Assembly: GCA_002269645.1 (NCBI GenBank)
Contig: NIVC01001007.1
Span: 310,001 to 374,000, forward strand
Direction: 5' to 3'
DNA from: Macrostomum lignano
Taxonomy: Eukaryota
Length of the DNA: 64,000 nucleotides
Notes under the pieces: model-generated
Seen by the model: only the letters and a program-made list of their open reading frames with translations
What the model was told of the DNA's origin: nothing
The model's database searches: none
Shown here: positions 12,501-23,800 of the stretch, in pieces
Layout of the letters: every line of letters begins with the position of its first letter
How positions within the stretch are numbered: the first letter of the stretch is position 1
Program-made: the position numbers and the translations under genes

Positions 12501-15500
12501 TCATATTTCACCATTTTCAAGAATCATATTTCACCATTTCCAAGAATCATATTTCACAATTTCCAAGAATCATATTTCACAATTTCCAAGACTCATATTT
12601 CACAATTTCCAAGAATCATATTTCACCATTTCCAAGAATCATATTTCACCATTTCCAAGAATCATATTTCACCATCTCCAAGAATCATATTTCACCATTT
12701 CCAAGAATCATATTTCACCATTTCCAAGAATCATATTTCACCATTTCCAAGAATCAAATTTCACCATTTCCAAGAATCATATTTCACCATTTCGAAGACT
12801 CATATTTCACCATTTCCAAGAATCATATTTCACCATTTCCAAGAATCATATTTCACCATCTCCAAGAATCATATTTCACCATTTCCAAAAATCATATTTC
12901 ACCATTTCCAAGAATCATATTTCACCATTTCCAAGAATCATATTTCACCATTTCCAAGAATCATATTTCACCATTTCCAAGAATCATATTTCACTATTTC
13001 CAAGAATCATATTTCACCATTTTCAAGAATCATATTTCACCATTTCCAAGACTCATATTTCACAATTTCCAAGAATCATATTTCACCATTTCCAAGAATC
13101 ATATTTCACCATTTCCAAGAATCATATTTCACTATTTCCAAGAATCATATTTCACCATTTCCAAGACTCATATTTCACAATTTCCAAGAATCATATTTCA
13201 CCATTTCCAAGAATCATATTTCACCATTTCCAAGAATCATATTTCACCATTTCCAAAAATCATATTTCACCATTTCCAAGACTCATATTTCACCATTTCC
13301 AAGAATCATATTTCACCATTTCCAAGAATCAAATTTCACCATTTCCAAGAATCATATTTCACCATTTCGAAGACTCATATTTCACCATTTCCAAGAATCA
13401 TATTTCACCATTTCCAAGAATCATATTTCACCATTTCCAAGAATCATATTTCACAATTTCCAAGAATCATATTTCACAATTTCCAAGACTCATATTTCAC
13501 AATTTCCAAGAATCATATTTCACCATTTCCAAGAATCATATTTCACCATTTCCAAGAATCATATTTCACCATCTCCAAGAATCATATTTCACCATTTCCA
13601 AGAATCATATTTCACCATTTCCAAGAATCATATTTCACCATTTCCAAGAATCAAATTTCACCATTTCCAAGAATCATATTTCACCATTTCGAAGACTCAT
13701 ATTTCACCATTTCCAAGAATCATATTTCACCATTTCCAAGAATCATATTTCACCATCTCCAAGAATCATATTTCACCATTTCCAAGAATCATATTTCACC
13801 ATTTCCAAGAATCATATTTCACCATTTCCAAGAATCAAATTTCACCATTTCCAAGAATCATATTTCACCATTTCCAAGAATCATATTTCACCATCGACTT
13901 AATCCATTTCTTAGAATACTTTTCACCCGTTTCTAAGAATGATCGCACGCACTGATTATCTAGCAGCTTAATATATTTTAACACGCGCAGGTGACTGCAC
14001 CTCGTTCAGCTGCAACGATCTAAAAGACACTGGCGGTTACAAAATCGAATTTAACGATCGGTAATTGATTTAATATTTTCAATATCGTTGCCTAATTAAA
14101 AAATTATAGTTTATCTAAGGCTAATAAAAACGATTATTAAAAATCTTGAAGAGGCGGCGGCTGCGGTGGTGCCATGCGGTCCATGTGCATCGGCATTGTG
14201 TTCTGGCAGCCGCACCAGCTCAAGCGGCTGGTGTCCACCGCTGTGGAGGCTGGCAGGATGACCCACAACCACCCCACTGGCTACCTGGGCAGCCTGGCTT
14301 CTGCCTACTTCGCCTCGCTCGCTTTGCAAGGCCAGCCGTTGGAGAAATGGGGAGCTGAACTGCTGCAAACCGCACTGCCGGCCGCGTGGAAGTACGTGGA
14401 GGAGACTGGTGAGTCTGTGGCTGCTGCCGGCCTCCCAGATCCTCAGTTGCTGCTGCCGGCCTCCCAGATCCTCAGTTGCTGCTGCCGGCCTCCCAGATCC
14501 TCAGTTGCTGCTGCCGGCCTCCCAGATCCTCAGTTGCTGCTGCCGGCCTCCCAGATCCTCAGTTGCTGCTGCCGGCCTCCCAGATCCTCAGTTGCTGGGC
14601 CACCAGCCTCCCAGATCCTCAGTTGCTGCTGCCGGCCTCCCAGATCCTCAGTTGCTGCTGCCGGCCTCCCAGATCCTCAGTTGCCGTACAAAGCCCCTTC
14701 GATCTCCCCGCAGGCCGCGACCTCGCTGAGAACAAGCGCCACTGGCCCTACTTCTCCACCGCCTGGGCCAACTACCTTCGCCAACGCGGCCTCCTTGACG
14801 GCCGGGGGCCGGCGCAGTTCAAGCAGCCCTACGGCCCGGCCGAGAGGGACGCCTTCTACAAGTCTTTGTCCTACAGCGGCTGGGGCGGCGCCTCCGGTCA
14901 CGACGCCCCGATGATCGCCTACGATGCTCTGCTGTTCGCCTGCAGCGCTGGGAGTAGCGGTGGTGGCGACGAGGGCAGCGGTGAGCAGTGGCTGCGACTG
15001 TGTGAAGCTGCCGTGCTGCACGGCGGAGACAATGACTCTACGGGGGCCATCGCCTGCTGCCTGTATGGCCTGCTGAATGGCGGGCTGGAGGGAGTACCCG
15101 ATGGCCATCACAGCGTGAGTGCTGGCTGGAGTAGAGAGATAGATTAGCAATCCATTAGGATTGGGGAGATAGATTAGCAATCCATTCTGATTGGGGGCAT
15201 AGATTAGCAATCCATTCTGATTGGGGAGATAGATTAGCAATCCATTCTGATTGGAGAGATAGATTAGCAATCCATTCTGATTGGGGAGATCGATTAGCAA
15301 TCCATTCTGATTGGAGAGATAGATTAGCAATCCATTCTGATTGGGGGCATAGATTAGCAATCCATTCTGATTGGGGAGATAGATTAGCAATCCATTCTGA
15401 TTGGAGAGATAGATTAGCAATCCATTCTGATTGGGGAGATCGATTAGCAATCCATTCTGATTGGGGAGATAGATTAGAAATCCATTCTGATTAGAGAGAT

Positions 15501-18500
15501 CGATTAGCAATCCATTCTGATTAGAGAGATCGATTAGCAATCCATTCTGATTGGGGAGATAGATTAGCAATCCATTCTATTTGGAGCGATAGATTAGCAA
15601 TCCATTCTGATTAGGGAGATAGATTAGAAATCCATTCTGATTGGGGAGACAGATTAGCAATCCATTCTGATTGGGGAGATAGATTAGCAATCCATTAGGA
15701 TTGGAGAGATAGATTAGCAATCCATTCTGATTGGGGAGATAGATTAGCAATCCATTCTGATTGGGGAGATAGATTAGCAATCCATTCTGATTGGGGAGAT
15801 AGATTAGCAATCCATTCTGATTGGGGAGATAGATTAGCAATCCATTCTGATTGGGGAGATAGATTAGAAATCCATTCTGATTGGAGAGATAGATTAGCAA
15901 TCCATTCTGATTGGGGAGATAGATTAGCAATCCATTCTGATTGGAGAGATAGATTAGCAATCCATTCTAATTGGTGAGATAGATTAGCAATCCATTCTGA
16001 TTGGAGAGATAGATTAGCAATCCTTTCTAATTGGAGAGATAGATTAGCAATCCATTAGGATTGGGGAGATAGATTAGCAATCCATTCTGATTGGGGAGAT
16101 AGATTAGCAATCCATTCTGATTGGGGAGATAGATTAGCAATCCATTCTGATTGGGGAGATAGATTAGCAATCCATTCTAATTGGGGAGATAGATTAGCAA
16201 TCCATTCTGATTGGGGAGATAGATTAGCAATCCATTCTAATTGGGGAGATAGATTAGCAATCCATTCTGATTGGGGAGATAGATTAGCAATCCATTCTGA
16301 TTAAAAAGATAGATTAGCAATCCATTCTGATTGGAGAGATAGATTAGCAATCCATTAGGATTGGGGAGATAGATTAGCAATCCATTCTAATTGGAGAGAT
16401 AGATTAGCAATCCATTCTGATAGGGGAGATAGATTAGCAATCCATTAGGATTGGAGAGATAGATTAGCAATCCTTTCTAATTGGAGAGATAGATTAGCAA
16501 TCCATTAGGATTGGGGAGATAGATTAGCAATCCAGTAGGATTGGGGAGATAGATTAGCAATCCAGTAGGATTGGGGAGATAGATTAGCAATCCAGTAGGA
16601 TTGGGGAGATAGATTAGCAATCCATTAGGATTGGAGAGATAGATTAGCAATCCATTCTGATAGGGGAGATAGATTAGCAATCCATTAGGATTGGAGAGAT
16701 AGATTAGCAATCCTTTCTAATTGGAGAGATAGATTAGCAATCCATTAGGATTGGGGAGATAGATTAGCAATCCAGTAGGATTGGAGAGATAGATTAGCAA
16801 TCCATTAGGATTGGGGAGATAGATAAGCAATCCAGTAGGATTGGGGAGATAGATTAGCAATCCAGTAGGATTGGAGAGATAGATTAGCAATCCATTAGGA
16901 TTGGGGAGATAGATTAGCAATCCATTAGGATTGGGGAGATAGATTAGCAATCCAGTAGGATTGGGGAGATAGATTAGCAATCCAGTAGGATTGGGGAGAT
17001 AGATTAGCAATCCATTCTGATTGGGGGCATAGATTAGCAATCCATTCTGATTGGGGAGATAGTTTAGCAATCCATTCTGATTGGAGAGATAGATTAGCAA
17101 TCCATTCTGATTGGGGAGATCGATTAGCAATCCATTCTGATTGGGGAGATAGATTAGAAATCCATTCTGATTAGAGAGATCGATTAGCAATCCATTCTGA
17201 TTAGAGAGATCGATTAGCAATCCATTCTGATTGGGGAGATAGATTAGCAATCCATTCTATTTGGAGCGATAGATTAGCAATCCATTCTGATTAGGGAGAT
17301 AGATTAGAAATCCATTCTGATTGGGGAGACAGATTAGCAATCCATTCTGATTGGGGAGATAGATTAGCAATCCATTCTAATTGGAGAGATAGATTAGCAA
17401 TCCATTCTGATTGGGGAGATAGATTAGCAATCCATTCTGATTGGGGAGATAGATTAGCAATCCATTCTGATTGGGGAGATAGATTAGCAATCCATTCTGA
17501 TTGGGGAGATAGATTAGCAATCCATTCTGATTGGGGAGATAGATTAGAAATCCATTCTGATTGGAGAGATAGATTAGCAATCCATTCTGATTGGGGAGAT
17601 AGATTAGCAATCCATTCTGATTGGAGAGATAGATTAGCAATCCATTCTAATTGGTGGGATAGATTAGCAATCCATTCTGATTGGAGAGATAGATTAGCAA
17701 TCCTTTCTAATTGGAGAGATAGATTAGCAATCCATTAGGATTGGGGAGATAGATTAGCAATCCATTCTGATTGGGGAGATAGATTAGCAATCCATTCTGA
17801 TTGGGGAGATAGATTAGCAATCCATTCTGATTGGGGAGATAGATTAGCAATCCATTCTAATTGGGGAGATAGATTAGCAATCCATTCTGATTGGGGAGAT
17901 AGATTAGCAATCCATTCTAATTGGGGAGATAGATTAGCAATCCATTCTGATTGGGGAGATAGATTAGCAATCCATTCTGATTAAAAAGATAGATTAGCAA
18001 TCCATTCTGATTGGAGAGATAGATTAGCAATCCATTAGGATTGGGGAGATAGATTAGCAATCCATTCTAATTGGAGAGATAGATTAGCAATCCATTCTGA
18101 TAGGGGAGATAGATTAGCAATCCATTAGGATTGGAGAGATAGATTAGCAATCCTTTCTAATTGGAGAGATAGATTAGCAATCCATTAGGATTGGGGAGAT
18201 AGATTAGCAATCCAGTAGGATTGGGGAGATAGATTAGCAATCCAGTAGGATTGGGGAGATAGATTAGCAATCCAGTAGGATTGGGGAGATAGATTAGCAA
18301 TCCATTAGGATTGGAGAGATAGATTAGCAATCCATTCTGATAGGGGAGATAGATTAGCAATCCATTAGGATTGGAGAGATAGATTAGCAATCCTTTCTAA
18401 TTGGAGAGATAGATTAGCAATCCATTAGGATTGGGGAGATAGATTAGCAATCCAGTAGGATTGGAGAGATAGATTAGCAATCCATTAGGATTGGGGAGAT

Positions 18501-19210
18501 AGATAAGCAATCCAGTAGGATTGGGGAGATAGATTAGCAATCCAGTAGGATTGGAGAGATAGATTAGCAATCCATTAGGATTGGGGAGATAGATTAGCAA
18601 TCCATTAGGATTGGGGAGATAGATTAGCAATCCAGTAGGATTGGGGAGATAGATTAGCAATCCAGTAGGATTGGGGAGATAGATTAGCAATCCAGTAGGA
18701 TTGGGGAGATAGATTAGCAATCCATTAGGATTGGGGAGATAGATTAGCAATCCATTCTGATTGGAGAGATAGATTAGCAATCCAGTAGGATTGGGGAGAT
18801 AGATTAGCAATCCAGTAGGATTGGGGAGATAGATTAGCAATCCATTCTAATTGGAGAGATAGATTAGCAATCCATTCTGATTGGAGAGATAGATTAGCAA
18901 TCCATTCTAATTGGAGAGATAGATTAGCAATCCATTCTAATTGGAGAGATAGATTAGCAATCCATTCTAATTGGAGAGATAGATTAGCAATCCATTCTGA
19001 TTGGAGAGATAGATTAGCAATCCATTCTGATTGGAGAGATAGATTAGCAATCCATTCTGATTGGAGAGATAGATTAGCAATCCATTATGATTGGGTCGAT
19101 TAAAATTAAATAAAAAAATCGATATAAACTTTTGCTTTCAGGGTTTGGAGTTCCGCTCTGAATTGGCCTCCCTGGGCGAGCAGCTGCATCAGGTGTCGGG
19201 GCAGCTGTAA
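9589..19210 (+). CDS. ADPRH: ADP-ribosylarginine hydrolase (ARH1), 378 aa; exons 9589-9826, 10495-10596, 13991-14060, 14152-14408, 14714-15114, 19142-19210
   Basis: Motifs [63 protein letters not shown] and HGGDNDSTG; the six exons sum to 1137 nt in frame with GT-AG junctions. Confidence 0.95.
9900..10448. repeat. (GTTA/GTTT/GTCA)n microsatellite, ADPRH intron 1
   Basis: Direct observation. Confidence 0.95.
10765..13895. repeat. 23-bp minisatellite (TTCCAAGAATCATATTTCACCAT)n, ADPRH intron 2, with 1219-bp higher-order duplication
   Basis: More than 130 units; the rare TTTCGAAGAC variant recurs at 11571/12790 and 12146/13365. Confidence 0.97.
14418..14686. repeat. 29-bp minisatellite (GCTGCTGCCGGCCTCCCAGATCCTCAGTT)n, ADPRH intron 4
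   Basis: About 9 units; related to the arrays at 20.3 kb and 33.9 kb. Confidence 0.95.
15135..19095. repeat. 30-bp minisatellite (AGATAGATTAGCAATCCATTCTGATTGGGG)n, ADPRH intron 5, with 1680-bp higher-order duplication
   Basis: About 130 units; rare variants recur at 15581/17261 and 16301/17981. Confidence 0.97.
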
Positions 19211-20257
19211 TTCATTTTTATAATTTGTAAATCCCGCAGGAAAACACGCTGGATTTTGCGTCAACAATTTTTCCCATGGCTTTTGCCTATTCCAGAACAG
19301 ATTTGTATGCATTGTAGTATATATTTAATTGCCATGTGTACCTTAATGAATCCATGGTTTTTATTGATAATGATAGCCATGTATAATTTTTTGATGAGAT
19401 TTTGTTTTAAAAAACTATTTATTCCGATTTTTATCTATTTTGTGTTTGCCTACTTTTCTTGCGCTGTTTATCCAATCGAGTACTGAATAAACTCGGTATA
19501 TTACACAATTTATTATAAGTTACTTAATAAACTGCTCTTTTTTCTATCTGCTTACATTTCTATTAAAATTGGATCTACTTGGATTTTAGATTCTTTCTTG
19601 AATTTACATGTATATACTTACTGTGTTCGATGTCCAAAAGGCAAGCTTAATGGGCTTTGAATGGTCAGTGTTAAAAATACAGATAACAGCGTTAATTACA
19701 TGAATGACTAAATATGCAAAAATCTAGTATCTAGTTTTTCTTCAGTAGTATAATTAGCGTTTTCCGCCTTCGTATTTGTAAAATTAAACATTCACATTTA
19801 CAATATTGCATGTCCAACTAATTTCCACCACATCCGATGCATCCGCCCTCATTTCCGCCCCCCCCATCCGATGGAGCCTCCCTCATTTCCGGTCCCCCCA
19901 TCGGATGCAGCCACCCTCATTTCCGCGTGTTAAAAAAGGCAACTAAGCATATTTGAAATTTTGCACTTCTTCCGGAATGATTAAAAATGTTTTTATTACA
20001 TATATTTGAGCCAAAAAACTACAGCACTTTTTACATAAAGTATTATTAATATATGTAACCTATTTTAGCTTTAAGAAACTATAAACGAAAAACGGAGAAC
20101 ATGAGAAATTATGAAGCAATACAATTAAGCTCTGATTTTTATACTGGGAAATACGCATGGAATGGTTTGACGCTAAGTGCAGTAGAAATTAATACATCAT
20201 CTACTGCATTACGAGTACTAATAGCAACTTGTAAAATGTTCATGGGGCTCTTGGCTG

Positions 20258-20735
20258 TTGGCCCAGTAACTGACACTCTGGGAGGCTTGCTCATCGGCTG
20301 ACACTGGGAGGCTGGCCCAGCAACTGACACTCTGGGAGGCTGGCCCAGCAACTGACACTCTGGGAGGCTGGCCCAGCAACTGACACTCTGGGAGGCTGGC
20401 CCAGCAACTGACACTCTGGGAGGCTGGCCCAGCAACTGACACTCTGGGAGGCTGGCCCAGCAACTGACACTCTGGGAGGCTGGCCCAGCAACTGACACTC
20501 TGGGAGGCTGGCCCAGCAACTGACACTCTGGGAGGCTGGCCCAGCAACTGACACTCTGGGAGGCTGGCCCAGCAACTGACACTCTGGGAGGCTGGCCCAG
20601 CAACTGCAACACTCTGGGAGGCTGGCCCAGCAACTGACACTCTAGGAGGCTGGTCCAGCAACTGGGGACCTGGGTGGCTAGCTGGCCCAGCAACTAACAC
20701 TCTGGGAGAACTGACGATCTGGAAGGCTGGCAACT
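20258..20735. repeat. 28-bp minisatellite (GGGAGGCTGGCCCAGCAACTGACACTCT)n, downstream of the centlein stop
   Basis: About 15 units with degenerate edges. Confidence 0.95.
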
Positions 20736-20871
20736 TTAGTGAACAGACTAAGTAATTAACAAAGCAGTTAACTCGCTCAGCGATTTTAAATAAGTAACAT
20801 TAGAGAATTACTTGAGCAGATAGAGAGCTGAGATTTCTAAAGGAAAAATAATGTACTAACTAGCTCGCAGG

Positions 20872-23800
20872 TCAGTTTGCTAGCAGTCTGACCGTGTTCA
20901 CAAAATCGTCCAATTTTTCAGTGAATTTGTCCAGCAGCTGATCCAGCTCAGCTGGCGATGAGGTATTCGGTGAGCTGTTGTACGCCTGGAATGAGTCAAC
21001 GTGAAGAGGCTCAATGAGGTTTCGGCCATAGACATAATTACATGTGAGTTTTGCTAAGCATTTTGCTCCCGTCAATCTGCACGCATATCCGCACGCAAGT
21101 TTACTTGACGTTTCAGAGTTCGTAAGTATCCCCTGAAGTTTCAGAGTTTGTAAGTATCCCCTGAAGTTTCAGAGTTTGTAAGTATCCCTGAAGTTTCAGA
21201 GTTCGTAAGTATCCCCTGAAGTTTCAGAGTTTGTAAGTATCCCCTGAAGTTTCAGAGTTTGTAAGTATCCCCTGAAGTTTCAGAGTTCGTAAGTATCCCC
21301 TGAAGTTTCAGAGTTTGTAAGTATCCCCTGAAGTTTCAGAGTTTGTAAGTATCCCCTGAAGTTTCAGAGTTCGTAAGTATCCCCTGAAGTTTCAGAGTTC
21401 GTAAGTATCCCTGACGTTTCAGAGTTCGTAAGTATCCCCTGAAGTTTCAGAGTTCGTAAGTATCCCCTGAAGTTTCAGAGTTCGTAAGTATCCCCTGAAG
21501 TTTCAGAGTTTGTAAGTATTCCCTGAAGTTTCAGAGTTCGTAAGTATCCCCTGAAGTTTCAGAGTTCGTAAGTATCCCCTGAAGTTTCAGAGTTTGTAAG
21601 TATCCCCTGAAGTTTCAGAGTTCGTAAGTATCCCTGAAGTTTCAGAGTTCGTAAGTATCCCCTGAAGTTTCAGAGTTCGTAAGTATCCCCTGAAGTTTCA
21701 GAGTTTATAAAAATCCCCTGTTTATATGAAGCTTCCAGGGTTGAATATCGAATGCCAAATATCGCATGTCGAATATCAAATGTCGAATACCGAATGTCAA
21801 ATGTCGAATATCGAGTATCGAATGTCGAATATCGAGTATTGAATATCTAATTTCGAGTTGAAGCAAAATGCATTTCCAGTTAGTGATCTCCTCAAAAAGA
21901 CACAAACCTTGACAGCCTGCGCCAACCGCATGCACTGATTGGCCCATTGCTTGTCGGTCTCGCGGCTACCCATTGCGGTTCTCAGCTCTGCCAGTTTAGT
22001 CTTTGTCGGCTGCTGCTGCTGCTGCTGCGGAGATCCCGAAGCCATCAGAAGCGAATCCAGCTCTCCATCGCTGAGGTTCAGGATGCTGGCAGCTCGTTGC
22101 CTAGCTCGAAGCTGGTGCACCTCCGACTCTGTGGGACCGACAGGCTGCTGCTGCTGCGGTGGCAACGGCGGCGGCAGAGCCTCCACTCTGTCGCAATGCG
22201 TCGACACCAGCAGCCTGGTTGATTCAGACTTGGCTTCGACTAGTCTGGCAATCTGGCCTAGCAACCGTTCTGCCAGGCTCAGCCGATTCTCACAGCGCAA
22301 CAGCTCCTCGCGAGCCGCCGCCTCGGAGGCCTGGGCTCGATTCGACGCCTCGTCGATTTGTCGACGTCGACGTTCGGAATCGACAGCCGACGAGCGGGCC
22401 CGGCTGCGGGCCTGGTCCAGCTCGGCCCGGCTCTCCTGCCACAGCTGCTCGAACCTGCGGCGCTGCTCGCCAGCTGAGGTGGCGGCCGAGCGGGCGGAAT
22501 CCAGCTGGGACTGGATGCGCCTGCGGGTTTGAGGGGGCGGAAATGAGGGCGGATTCCAGAGCTGGGATTGGAAAAGTCTGTTGAGGCGAAAATCGGGGGG
22601 CGGAAAAATCAGTTGGGGTGGAAATAGGGGCGGAAATGGAGGGGCGGAAATGGAGGGGCGGTAATAGGGGGCGGAAATCGAGGGCGGAAATCGAAGGGCG
22701 GAAAAATAAGTTGGCGGAAAAATGGGAGGGCACACGATAAAGCAGTTAATCCGTTATTTTAAAAAATCGCATGAATTGCGCACAAGGCAATTGTCAGAAA
22801 AAATGCACGCTTAGAAGATCCGATGACTCACCTCACGGTCTCCTTCAGCGTGCCCGCTTTAGTCTTGGCCTTCTCCGCCGCTGTCCGCTCGCTAGCAGCA
22901 GCCGCCTCGGCCTCTCTAACCCGACGCCTGAGCTCGTCTATAGTGTCCTTAGCGACGCGCAGTTCTCGTTCAGCGCGCGATTTAGCCTGACGACAGCGCG
23001 CTAAGGAGTCGGAGAGCTCAGCTGTGGCCGCCGCTGCCGCGGATGTCGATTCGTCCGATTTGGTCAAGTAGTCCTCGGCTGTTGGTCCTTCGGAATGGTA
23101 GCCCGGGTCCTTGGCCGATTGTTGCTGTTTTTATATGGTAGTAAAAAGCATTGTAAAGCGTTGTAAAGTACTGACTGAGAGTGACCTTCATGGTGAGTAT
23201 TCGGGTGAGATTTATGGTGAGATAGGTGAGAGTCATGGTAAAAAAGAAGGTGAGATTTATGAGACAGTGTGAGATAGACACACTGAGACAGGGTGAGATA
23301 GACACACTGAGACAGGGTGAGATAGACACACTGAGATGGGGTGAGATAAGCGCAGTGAGACGGCGAAATAGACACAGTGAGACAGGGTGAGACAGGGTGA
23401 GATAGACAGTGAGTCAGGGTGAGACAGACAGTGAGTCGGGGTGAGAAAGACAGCGAGACAGGGTGAGACAGACAGCGAGACAGGGTGAGACAGACAGTGA
23501 GACAGGGTGAGAAAGACAGCGAGACAGGGTGAGACAGACAGCGAGACAGGGTGAGACAGACAGTGAGACAGGGTGAGAAAGACAGCGAGACAGGGTGAGA
23601 CAGACAGTGAGACAGGGTGAGAAAGACAGCGAGACAGGGTGAGACAGACAGCGAGACAGGGTGAGACAGACAGTGAGACAGGGTGAGACAGACAATGAGA
23701 CAGGGTGAGACAGACAGTGAGACAGGGTGAGACAGACAGTGAGACAGGGTGAGACAGACAGTGAGACAGGGTGAGACAGACAGTGAGACAGACAGTGAGT

